Of a stretch of 42,886 bases of DNA, positions 1 through 7,033 are shown in pieces. The notes beneath the pieces are model-generated. The model made no database searches. It was not told the DNA's origin and saw nothing but the letters and a program-made list of their open reading frames with translations. The stretch covers positions 1 to 42,886 of IMG/VR virus record IMGVR_UViG_3300045988_122335; one strand, given 5' to 3'. The stretch comes from a virus. The position numbers and the translations under genes are program-made. Every line of letters starts with the position of its first letter. Within the stretch, counting starts at the first letter, position 1.

Positions 1-119
1 ACTTTTTTTAATGGCATTTTGTTTAACTTATATCTTTCCCAAATAGTACCCTCAATATAGTATTTTCTAATTGTTTAATAATATCCCCGCCGTAGGCATT
101 TCGGGTTATGTCGATAAAT
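1..119. repeat. Terminal direct repeat, copy A (identical to 42768..42886)
   Basis: The first 119 nt (ACTTTTTTTAATGGCATTTTG...GTCGATAAAT) recur base-for-base as the last 119 nt. This implies a circular or terminally redundant genome, or an assembly overlap. Unique length is 42,767 bp. Confidence 0.9.
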
Positions 120-682
120 TCTTGAACAGTAAACATATCGTGTTCGAGGTCATAGCCGCCATTTTTGACAAATGAATTTCTGCCCATTTCGCACGAGCCA
201 GTCAGTCGATTATGCCAAAGATAAAAGTCTTTTGCAGGATATTTTTTGTTGAGGTCTGAAAATTCTTTGAGAAATAACTCAATAGCCTCGTCAGTGTCTA
301 TATCCTCAAAAATTTTATCTTCCAAATCTTTAAGCGCTTTTTCCAAAGTCTCGCCGTGCGCGAATTTGTTGTGCCCCTTGACTATATAACAGGGCGATAA
401 ACTTAAATCACTATTTAATATAAATCCTTTAGCAACATTGCCTTTAATATGTTTAATTACGGTAGGTATACTATCAATTTGATAAACAATATCACCATTT
501 ATTGACTTTATGCCGTCGCCGTAGCCGTAGCCGGAGCCGTAGCCGGAGCCGTCGCCGTAGCCGTAGCCGGAGCCGTAGCCGTAGCCGGAGCCGTAGCCGT
601 AGCCGGAGCCGTAGCCGGAGCCGGAGCCGTAGCCGTAGCCGTTGTTGACAGACAAAAATTCTTTTATTTTTACCTCTTCCAT
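23..682 (-). CDS. Hypothetical phage protein: N-terminal Gly/Tyr/Ser low-complexity repeat plus conserved globular C-terminal domain
   Basis: 219-aa ORF. Residues ~15-57 are (GYGS/GYGYGS)n. The C-terminal part (CYIVKGHNKFAHGETLEKA...WHNRLTGSCEMGRN) is non-repetitive. Its start overlaps the upstream gene in an operon-like way. On the circle it sits directly upstream of the RecT-like gene. Confidence 0.7.
   Translation of the reverse strand: MEEVKIKEFLSVNNGYGYGSGSGYGSGYGYGSGYGYGSGYGYGDGSGYGSGYGYGDGIKSINGDIVYQIDSIPTVIKHIKGNVAKGFILNSDLSLSPCYIVKGHNKFAHGETLEKALKDLEDKIFEDIDTDEAIELFLKEFSDLNKKYPAKDFYLWHNRLTGSCEMGRNSFVKNGGYDLEHDMFTVQEFIDITRNAYGGDIIKQLENTILRVLFGKDIS
512..643 (-). repeat. In-frame tandem DNA repeat (GCCGTAGCC / GGAGCC units) encoding the (G-Y-G-S)n tract
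   Basis: Visible run gccgtcgccgtagccgtagccggagccgtagccggagcc... All units are multiples of 3 nt. Confidence 0.85.
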
Positions 683-957
683 TCGCCAACACCTTCAATA
701 GATTTAATTGCGGCTTTACTGCAAGGTATAATTTCTATAACACCCAATATTGCAATTTCGGGAACAACAACAGTAAATTTGCAAGATGAAGCGGCGTGCG
801 TACCGTCGACTGCTAATTGTGATAAACTCGCAGCGCCGTCCCAATACCATAAACGGCGACAATTAGTTAATGTAACCTCTGAACCGTTTTTCTCTTTTAG
901 TGTTCCGAAAAACACTCCAGCTCTGTCTGCTCTTATAATTACTTTTTTACCAATCAT
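670..957 (-). CDS. Conserved hypothetical phage protein
   Basis: 95-aa ORF. The motif ARRLWYWDGAASLSQLAVDG resembles a small protein family often found next to phage recombination genes. No function is known to me. Confidence 0.6.
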   Translation of the reverse strand: MIGKKVIIRADRAGVFFGTLKEKNGSEVTLTNCRRLWYWDGAASLSQLAVDGTHAASSCKFTVVVPEIAILGVIEIIPCSKAAIKSIEGVGEWKR

Positions 958-971
958 TTCAAAGTCTCCTT

Positions 972-1724
972 TTATTTGTTTTTAATTTTTAATTTTTTAG
1001 CAAATGCCTTGTGTAAAGTTAAACAAGCATAGAACAATGACAAATCGTCCTCATATGGTGTCAGCTTATATTTGCCGTCTTTTTTAAGGTGAAGAATACC
1101 TAAAAAGCCCACAGTAGTATCTAGCAACCTTTGGGAAAATATAAACCTCGGACATAATAAATTTGAATATGCAGGTAATTGTATCTGTGCAAGCTGCTTT
1201 TTCACTGTACTGCTTGTTTTCAAATCTATTATCGCATACTCGCCGATACAATTTGAAATATCCGTTTTGCAATGTTTTTTGACGGCTTTTGCAAAGTCCT
1301 CATCAATCACATATACTCTGTCGAGAGTTCCCGCATAGCCTGTTTCTTCATCGGCGAGCGGTTTTTCAATATAGGTATATTCCTTGATATTAAAGTCTTT
1401 ACGGAATTTGACATAGGCATTAAGATATTCCACATATTCGGGCGAAATTTCACATTTGCCTGTTTTGTCTAATTCTTCTGTTGCCTTATGCACCGACGTA
1501 CCACGCTCGCAAGCCTTGTCAAGCACATATTTGGATATATCGTTGCCGTATACTTCACGGCTTGCAAACCTTGATATTTCGGAAACAGAGGGCAATTCAA
1601 TACCGTCAAGTTCGTACCTATGACCCTCATCGAAGAATTTTAAATTTTTCAAGGTCAGTTTTCCCCCATTCGTCTGCAAGGTCTTCTTTGTGCATATCAA
1701 TATATTTTGCTTTCTGCTCTGCAA
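972..1724 (-). CDS. PD-(D/E)XK (RecB/Cas4-like) phage exonuclease
   Basis: Motifs GHRYELDG..PSVSEI, GTSVH, GTLDRVYVI and AIIDLKTSS match the G-x-D ... (D/E)-x-K nuclease core. The true start is probably the TTG at 1652, which follows GGGGGA by 9 nt. This would shorten the overlap with the upstream ORF from about 98 nt to 26 nt. Confidence 0.7.
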   Translation of the reverse strand: MQSRKQNILICTKKTLQTNGGKLTLKNLKFFDEGHRYELDGIELPSVSEISRFASREVYGNDISKYVLDKACERGTSVHKATEELDKTGKCEISPEYVEYLNAYVKFRKDFNIKEYTYIEKPLADEETGYAGTLDRVYVIDEDFAKAVKKHCKTDISNCIGEYAIIDLKTSSTVKKQLAQIQLPAYSNLLCPRFIFSQRLLDTTVGFLGILHLKKDGKYKLTPYEDDLSLFYACLTLHKAFAKKLKIKNK

Positions 1725-2139
1725 TCATTTTTGGGTTTGCAATTTCGATAAACTTTAAGACCAATTTTAACAGAGAATTGATTTTGTCAACATTGCCGAA
1801 TACTGCCAAGGCAAACTCATTTATATTGCCTTTTGTAGTTATCTTTTGCGCAAAATCGAACAAATCATCAGTGCTGTCAAAATTATACGCTATGCACTTG
1901 TCGCACAAGCCGTTAGTCAGTTCGTCCTCGGTGAAGTATTCCTCACACTCATTGCAAGGGAACGCTTCCTCAAACTCATCAATTCCACAATAAGGGCAAA
2001 TGCCTATTGAATATGCTGCTTGACCTTCCCCATACGGTACAAATTGTTCGCTTGTTTCGGGATTTTCAAATGTTCGACCACAATTTTTGCATTTAAACAT
2101 TGCTTGCCCCGTTTCTGCACTTTTCGTGTTCTTTCTCAT
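1627..2139 (-). CDS. Cys-rich zinc-ribbon protein, function unknown
   Basis: CxxC pairs (CKNCG, CPYCG, CNEC, CDKC). The start is possibly M14 (ATG at 2100), preceded by GGGG. Confidence 0.55.
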   Translation of the reverse strand: MRKNTKSAETGQAMFKCKNCGRTFENPETSEQFVPYGEGQAAYSIGICPYCGIDEFEEAFPCNECEEYFTEDELTNGLCDKCIAYNFDSTDDLFDFAQKITTKGNINEFALAVFGNVDKINSLLKLVLKFIEIANPKMIAEQKAKYIDMHKEDLADEWGKTDLEKFKILR

Positions 2140-2356
2140 AGGCTTTTGTCAACATTTCCAGTTTAGAATTATAATGCACTGGTAAAATAGCCCTTATGGT
2201 ATCCGAAGACACATAAAAATCAATGTTTTCGTTGATATAATTAAATCTCACGTTTGCAAATAGAGCTTCTGTTAACAACTCACATTTAACAGCATTTTCT
2301 ATAAGTGTCTCATATCTTACACGTGGTAGTGTAACTGTATCAAAACGTTGTTCCAT
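2093..2356 (-). CDS. Hypothetical protein
   Basis: 87-aa ORF, tightly packed in the early operon. Its ATG directly follows the stop of the upstream gene. Confidence 0.5.
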   Translation of the reverse strand: MEQRFDTVTLPRVRYETLIENAVKCELLTEALFANVRFNYINENIDFYVSSDTIRAILPVHYNSKLEMLTKAYEKEHEKCRNGASNV

Positions 2357-2560
2357 TTATTTCTCCCTCTTTCCTTTTGGTACGTCCGGCACCTTATAAG
2401 TCAGCTTGTAAATTTCCTGTTGCAATTTAATGTTTTCGCTTTGAAGTTTTTGACAGCGTGATTTAATTGAACAATATGCGTAATGCCATTTATGCACTAA
2501 CACATAAGCTATACATACAGCTATTACTGCTAATATTGTTACTATTATAGCCCAAATCAT
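2357..2560 (-). CDS. Small membrane-anchored protein (one N-terminal TM helix plus coiled coil)
   Basis: MIWAIIVTILAVIAVCIAYVLV is hydrophobic. Its ATG abuts the TAA of the AbrB-like ORF (TAAATG). Confidence 0.55.
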   Translation of the reverse strand: MIWAIIVTILAVIAVCIAYVLVHKWHYAYCSIKSRCQKLQSENIKLQQEIYKLTYKVPDVPKGKREK

Positions 2561-2725
2561 TTAATTCCCCACCTTTCTAAGAATTATTTGTTTCCCCACG
2601 GTCTCTGCCGTAATCAGCACTGTATCACCGCCGTCAATGCCAAGGGCTTCCCTTATTTCTTTTGGCAAATTGACTGTGACATTAGTACCACTTTTCTGTA
2701 CTTTTGCCGTTGCTTGCAATTTCAA
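2561..2725 (-). CDS. AbrB/SpoVT/MazE-type looped-hinge-helix DNA-binding protein (54 aa; not in the ORF track)
   Basis: My own translation of the minus strand gives (TTG)MKLQATAKVQKSGTNVTVNLPKEIREALGIDGGDTVLITAETVGKQIILRKVGN*. The RBS AAAGGGGGT lies 6 nt upstream of the TTG. The motif VxLPKEIREALGIxxGDxV is a classic SpoVT-AbrB signature. It is the first gene after a consensus promoter. Confidence 0.7.
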   Translation of the reverse strand: MKLQATAKVQKSGTNVTVNLPKEIREALGIDGGDTVLITAETVGKQIILRKVGN

Positions 2726-2755
2726 TTTTTGACCCCCTTTCTTTATTGCAAACTA

Positions 2756-2784
2756 ATTATATCACACTGAAAATAGTTTGTCAA
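2756..2784 (-). promoter_or_regulatory. Sigma-A/sigma-70 consensus promoter of the early operon
   Basis: The minus strand reads TTGACA-aactattttcagtgtga(17)-TATAAT. The -35 lies inside a 27-bp block duplicated at 36306-36332. Confidence 0.7.
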
Positions 2785-2823
2785 GAATATTTTTAAATAT
2801 TTTCAAATATTTTTTAGGATTAG

Positions 2824-2857
2824 AGAGAAAAAGAAAAAGCACCCCAAAATGGAGTGC
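2824..2857 (-). terminator. Rho-independent terminator ending the post-lysis cargo operon
   Basis: Minus-strand RNA GCACUCC-AUUUU-GGGGUGC (7-bp stem with one G.U pair), followed by UUUUUCUUUUUCUCUC. Confidence 0.6.
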
Positions 2858-2917
2858 CTTTCCCATTCAAAAGGAAATGAATTTGTAAGTATAGTATAAG
2901 CTATAAAGGGCTAAAAG

Positions 2918-3361
2918 TCAATAGCCTTTTACAGTTTCCATACACCTTTTGAGGGTTTCCCGTTCCTCAGGGGTTTTAGCTGCCGCCAAAATTTCGTCAA
3001 AAGCACGGTTCATAGTGTCACGGCTTTCATCACGGCTATACCTATTGGCATAACCACGGCGTTCGCTATAATCGTTGTCGGACGAATAATTTTCGCCGTC
3101 ACGGCTATAATGACCTCTGACATAATGCTTACGAGCGTATGACGAGCCGTCATCATAATTGCCATAACTGCCCTTTGCCATCCACATACCGTCACGGCTA
3201 TACTCACGATTGTACTGTTCGTCTTCGAGCATTTCAATCTTGTCAATATTTTTAATCGTGTCGGTCATTTTGTGGATAACATCAAGGGAGTTCATAGAGA
3301 TATTGCCTTTTTTCTCGTATTCTTCGAGTTCTTTCAAAAGCATTTCTTTAATCTTATGCAT
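2918..3361 (-). CDS. Hypothetical protein, helical N-terminus plus Tyr/Ser/Arg/Asp-rich low-complexity middle
   Basis: 147-aa ORF with a repeated YSRD/YSxxxxY pattern. It is the last gene of the cargo cluster. Confidence 0.6.
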   Translation of the reverse strand: MHKIKEMLLKELEEYEKKGNISMNSLDVIHKMTDTIKNIDKIEMLEDEQYNREYSRDGMWMAKGSYGNYDDGSSYARKHYVRGHYSRDGENYSSDNDYSERRGYANRYSRDESRDTMNRAFDEILAAAKTPEERETLKRCMETVKGY

Positions 3362-3377
3362 ATATTCTGCTCCTTTC

Positions 3378-3809
3378 CTACGCTATGCGTTCAAATAAGA
3401 TGTTTGCGTTCGTGAGGTCGATTGCGGTTGTTGCACTGACATTCTTAATAGAAACATTCACGCAACAGCCACAAGGTATTTCAACAAAGGTTGTTGCCGA
3501 AACATTAAAAAAGTTGCCGATTGCCGCAGGGGTTACGGTTGCCGTTGAATTACCGAGAGCCTCACCATTTACCGATAAAGCTATTGAAATAGGCTCAACA
3601 GTGCCGCCGGCGGCTATTGCAATATTACCCGTAAAGTTTACCTTATAAATGGCTCTGCAACCATTATAAGCACCTTTAAGTGTGAATATACCGCTATCGT
3701 CACGGTGGCATATATAACCTTTTTTGCAACATCTATTTCCGTTTGCGAATAATGCATTGCCGTTTACTGCCAAAGTTTGAGAAGCAACGGCACTATATTC
3801 TGCTGCCAT
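3378..3809 (-). CDS. BclA-C-terminal-domain-like (C1q/TNF-like jelly-roll) protein, no collagen stalk
   Basis: The sequence pattern (QTLAVNGNALF..., IFTLKGAY..YKVNFTGNIA..., ISIALSVNGEALGNST..., VSIKNVS...IDLTNANILFERIA) matches the strand pattern of BclA-CTD-type proteins. This call is by eye only. Confidence 0.5.
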   Translation of the reverse strand: MAAEYSAVASQTLAVNGNALFANGNRCCKKGYICHRDDSGIFTLKGAYNGCRAIYKVNFTGNIAIAAGGTVEPISIALSVNGEALGNSTATVTPAAIGNFFNVSATTFVEIPCGCCVNVSIKNVSATTAIDLTNANILFERIA

Positions 3810-3931
3810 AAAATCAGTCCTTTCATAAATAAAGCGGTAAAGTATATTGCACCTCTACCGCTCTTTAACATTATCAGCTATTTAAAGCTGAACATCTCGC
3901 AAGGTGCGAAAAGTAGTTTATCCGTATTTAA

Positions 3932-4582
3932 TTAAAAACCGCCACAACCGCTGTTGCAACCGTATGAAGCCGCCCACGGATTACACGAGGGGTAAGCAGG
4001 TATCGGCATAGGACGGAGAGAATTGATGATATACTGGTTCTGAGCAGACTGTGAAGCTGCCAAGCGTAAAGCCTGATTTTCGTCACGCAATGTCTGCGTT
4101 TTTTCAGTATTCATATAATCAATTATACGGTCGCCAAGTTTGTCAATAGCCTGTAAAGTATTGCAGTTATAAGCCTGTGCGTCAAACCTATTCTGCAAAT
4201 TCATTTTTTCAACATCACAGCAACAGCTTGAAATCTGCTGTTGAATAGCGTTGGTGTTCATTACAGACTGCGTATTAACATCCTTTATAGCGGCTCTTGT
4301 ATCACAGCAACACTCTGCCAACTGATGAGAGATGTCATTTGCGTGCTGTGCCGCCTGATAGCCGAGGGTACAAATAGCATTATCAATGCCCCTAAAGTTT
4401 TGATTTATTGTGTTGTTAAGGGCATAGGTGCTGTCTGACAGCCCATAGGTCTGTTGGTCGAGTTTGCTAATGAGGGTCTGCTGGTCTACTGCGGCTCTTA
4501 CATCAGCCTGTGTAGCACAGTCGGACGCGCCATAGCCACCGTTGCCACCAAAACCGTTTCTGCCCCAGCCGAATAAAAGCAA
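3932..4582 (-). CDS. Gly-rich / Cys-cluster coiled-coil protein, unknown function
   Basis: 216 aa with a TTG start and a weak RBS. Gly-rich N-terminus (GWGRNGFGGNGGYG), two internal CCCD clusters (AECCCDTRAAIKDVN and SSCCCDVEKMNLQN), and a Cys/Gly C-terminus (SYGCNSGCGGF). Confidence 0.5.
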   Translation of the reverse strand: MLLFGWGRNGFGGNGGYGASDCATQADVRAAVDQQTLISKLDQQTYGLSDSTYALNNTINQNFRGIDNAICTLGYQAAQHANDISHQLAECCCDTRAAIKDVNTQSVMNTNAIQQQISSCCCDVEKMNLQNRFDAQAYNCNTLQAIDKLGDRIIDYMNTEKTQTLRDENQALRLAASQSAQNQYIINSLRPMPIPAYPSCNPWAASYGCNSGCGGF

Positions 4583-4854
4583 GACTATAATCCCATTTTG
4601 TTATCGTAAAGGCTTTTTATCCTCTACTTCTTATGCTTTCTATTTGCATAAGTTCAGCATAGCTTTTCAACCATTTTCCAATAGGTATATTTGTCAAATG
4701 GTTGTTGCGGTCTCGTGGGAGAATTATATCTTTTCATCTCCTATGCGTTGCCCCTGACTATACTTTGTATAGCCTTCGGTTCGGATTAGCATTTCAGCTT
4801 TCCCGTTTAATACCGCAATTTTCGATACAAGTCACCTTGTAAAGTGGCAGATTT

Positions 4855-4947
4855 CTACCAAGCGTCATTGCCCCACATTCCGTTATTGCCGTTAGAATTG
4901 CCAGTAGCGGCGGCTATATCGCTTAAACTATATCCGCTTTCTGTCAT
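4855..4947 (-). CDS. 30-aa peptide ORF (MTESGYSLSDIAAATGNSNGNNGMWGNDAW), not in the ORF track
   Basis: ATG at 4947, preceded by ATAGGAGTGATTTTTT. Stop is TAG at 4855-4857. Confidence 0.4.
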   Translation of the reverse strand: MTESGYSLSDIAAATGNSNGNNGMWGNDAW

Positions 4948-5013
4948 AAAAAATCACTCCTATTTTATTTAAAATATATGCTAAATCAAGCCGCGCGCAC
5001 TTGATAAAAGCCG

Positions 5014-5226
5014 TTATTTGCCCATAAACCGCACTATCTGTTGTGCCTGTTGTGAAAGCTGATTAAAGGTCTGCTGTGACATCTGCCCTGAATTGAGCAG
5101 ATTTTGAACAATATCTCGGGGATTGCCCTGTAAAGTTTTACGCAATTCCATAGCCTGATTTATTATATTAGCATATGGGTTAGGTATCATATTGTTGCCA
5201 TAGCTATTAAATATAGAATTAGGCAT
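5014..5226 (-). CDS. Hypothetical Gln/Asn-rich small protein
   Basis: 70-aa ORF placed 2 nt after the upstream stop. Confidence 0.5.
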   Translation of the reverse strand: MPNSIFNSYGNNMIPNPYANIINQAMELRKTLQGNPRDIVQNLLNSGQMSQQTFNQLSQQAQQIVRFMGK

Positions 5227-5228
5227 AA

Positions 5229-5747
5229 TTATTCCTCCGATTTTTTACTGTTTTTTGTCGGTGCGGGAACAGGTTTAGCCGATAAATCATTGATTTTATC
5301 TTTTAATGTGCTAAATTCGCTCAAAATGTTATCAAATTTGCCGTTTAGAGCGTTTATTCCGTCAAGGGTGGGTTGATTGTTGCCTTTGCTGTTAAAACCC
5401 TCTGTAGGCTGTTTCTCGGCATTTTCGTTACATTCGATATATTCAAGTTTTCTCATAGAGGGAACGCCCTGACCGTTGACAGACTTAATGTATATCTTAG
5501 GTAAGTTTTTATCCCATAGTGTGACCGTGTTATTCGGTGCGACTGGGTATGACGTAGCCTCGTTCTCATTCAGCACCCATATAAAATCATTTGTAATGCT
5601 TTTTTCGGGTGTAGGTGCGGTCGGCATAGGCTGTGCCATAGGTGGCTGATAATACATATTCTGATTATCAACAGGTGCTTGAATGGGCGGCTGCATAGGA
5701 TTAAAATAACCCATTCTGTAAAAAGGTGCGTAATTTCCGTAAGCCAT
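5229..5747 (-). CDS. Hypothetical protein with Pro/Gln-rich N-terminus
   Basis: 172-aa ORF in operon context. Confidence 0.55.
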   Translation of the reverse strand: MAYGNYAPFYRMGYFNPMQPPIQAPVDNQNMYYQPPMAQPMPTAPTPEKSITNDFIWVLNENEATSYPVAPNNTVTLWDKNLPKIYIKSVNGQGVPSMRKLEYIECNENAEKQPTEGFNSKGNNQPTLDGINALNGKFDNILSEFSTLKDKINDLSAKPVPAPTKNSKKSEE

Positions 5748-5750
5748 AAT

Positions 5751-6134
5751 TTAACCCTCGTCTTTCTTAAAGTAATATTCAGGAATTTCATTCCCGCTAT
5801 TCCAAATATCAAAATATTTGCCGTCTTTAACGCATAGGGCGTGTGTGCCGGTACCGAGAATGAATGTCCCCTCGGGATTGTCTTTGCAAAAGTCCTCAAC
5901 GGTGTAACAGTCACAATCATTAGGAATAGCATATCTCTTATAGCCCTTGTCTTTCAAATATGAAGCCCATACACCGTTACCGCTCGGCATATCGCAAAGC
6001 ATAGCGCCTTGTAGGCATAGTCCCCAATAAGTTGTATGCCAATCTTGATTGAGCGCCGTACTTATTGCTCTTATCACACAATCTCCAGTGCGGCGATTAA
6101 GAGGATTTACATTAACCTCGTTAAAATATTCCAT
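5751..6134 (-). CDS. Hypothetical protein with a possible papain-like Cys/His signature
   Basis: 127 aa. GDCVIRAIS (Cys19) and GTHALCVKDGKYFDIW (His98, Asp) are candidate catalytic residues. RBS is AAGGTGGTG. Confidence 0.55.
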   Translation of the reverse strand: MEYFNEVNVNPLNRRTGDCVIRAISTALNQDWHTTYWGLCLQGAMLCDMPSGNGVWASYLKDKGYKRYAIPNDCDCYTVEDFCKDNPEGTFILGTGTHALCVKDGKYFDIWNSGNEIPEYYFKKDEG

Positions 6135-6146
6135 AATAGCACCACC

Positions 6147-6305
6147 TTAAACGCTATCTTTCATTTCCATTTCAAGTTTTAATAATGCACATTCGTAAAG
6201 TTCTAACAATTTTCCCTGTTCTTTGGCTTGCTCTATGCGGTCAATTACTTCTTTTCTTGTCATACCATATTTAGCCTGTAATGCCGCTTTTAAAATATCA
6301 TTCAT
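6147..6305 (-). CDS. 52-aa hypothetical protein, not in the ORF track
   Basis: ATG at 6305, preceded by AAAGGAGTGATTATCA. Translation is MNDILKAALQAKYGMTRKEVIDRIEQAKEQGKLLELYECALLKLEMEMKDSV*. Confidence 0.5.
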   Translation of the reverse strand: MNDILKAALQAKYGMTRKEVIDRIEQAKEQGKLLELYECALLKLEMEMKDSV

Positions 6306-6382
6306 TGATAATCACTCCTTTGTTTATATTATAACTCTAAATAAAACAAAAAAATCGCACGATAAACGCACGATTTACGCAT

Positions 6383-6427
6383 AAAAACTCCCCCACGGCA
6401 AAAGTATTTAAAAATACCGCAGGGGAG
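6383..6427 (-). terminator. Rho-independent terminator after the sigma-like HTH gene
   Basis: Minus-strand RNA CUCCCCUGCGGUA...UGCCGUGGGGGAG (13-bp stem with G.U pairs), followed by UUUUUAU. Confidence 0.55.
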
Positions 6428-6469
6428 AAAGAAAGGAGGTTTCCACCATTTGTGGAATGACCGACATAT

Positions 6470-6670
6470 TCAAATTTCTTTTAAGATTTTCTTACAAATA
6501 GAATTTATCCGTTTTGATACCGTTCTATCACAAATATTTAACTTAATGGCAATTTGCGTTATTGAATAACCTTTTCGGCGCAAATTGAGTATTTCGATTT
6601 CTTCTTTGCTAAACGGACAACGTTCAAGAAATCTTTGGTATTCATCGTATGAAAAGTCAAACTTATTCAA
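6470..6670 (-). CDS. Small sigma-70 region-4 / LuxR-type HTH transcription regulator
   Basis: 66 aa. EIEILNLRRKGYSITQIAIKLNICDRTVSKRI is a typical region-4 HTH. Confidence 0.6.
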   Translation of the reverse strand: MNKFDFSYDEYQRFLERCPFSKEEIEILNLRRKGYSITQIAIKLNICDRTVSKRINSICKKILKEI

Positions 6671-6751
6671 CGCCGCACCGTCCTTTTCAGGCGGGTAATT
6701 GTAATTTTGCGCTTTATTCTTTTGCGATTTTTAGGCTTTATTCTTATGCTT

Positions 6752-7033
6752 TTAACTTTTTGGCGTACCATGGTCTATATCTCCGTCATTACCAACAAAA
6801 TTAGCATAACCATTTCCGCTCACAGTTTGCTCAACATCGTTTACGGAAATATCGCTTGTTAAAACTACATATACAATGCCGCTTAATACTGCAAGCAAAG
6901 CTAAAAATGTTACAAGCCAAGCAACAAACCACCGTTTGGATTGTTTGCGTGTATCTTGCACAAGCCGCATTGCAAGGCTTTCTTCAACCTTTTGCTTGCC
7001 TTTTTCTGCGACCTCTTGACAATTACAAGGCAT
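6752..7033 (-). CDS. Membrane protein (single TM), lysis-cassette associated
   Basis: The TM segment is WFVAWLVTFLALLAVLSGIVYVVL. It lies immediately after the XhlA-like gene. Confidence 0.55.
   Translation of the reverse strand: MPCNCQEVAEKGKQKVEESLAMRLVQDTRKQSKRWFVAWLVTFLALLAVLSGIVYVVLTSDISVNDVEQTVSGNGYANFVGNDGDIDHGTPKS

Noticed and set aside
512-643. Possible CRISPR-like array, because of the regular short repeats
   Set aside because: The units are 6-18 nt, contiguous with no unique spacers, and lie in-frame inside a coding sequence. It is a coding tandem repeat, not a CRISPR array.
492-698. 68-aa ORF encoding (RL)n repeats
   Set aside because: It is an alternative frame of the Gly/Tyr tandem repeat inside the 23..682 gene. 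It has no RBS and its periodicity is purely repeat-driven.
1481-1993. 170-aa plus-strand ORF, and similar antisense ORFs such as 7232..7741, 8168..8500, 14676..15020, 21158..21508 and 37236..37550
   Set aside because: All lie antisense to motif-supported minus-strand genes. They lack an RBS and have no recognisable domains. They are shadow ORFs.
4640-4725. 27-aa ORF MKRYNSPTRPQQPFDKYTYWKMVEKLC in the long spacer
   Set aside because: The AGGAG is fused directly to the ATG with zero spacing. The ORF is very short and has no coupling to its neighbours.
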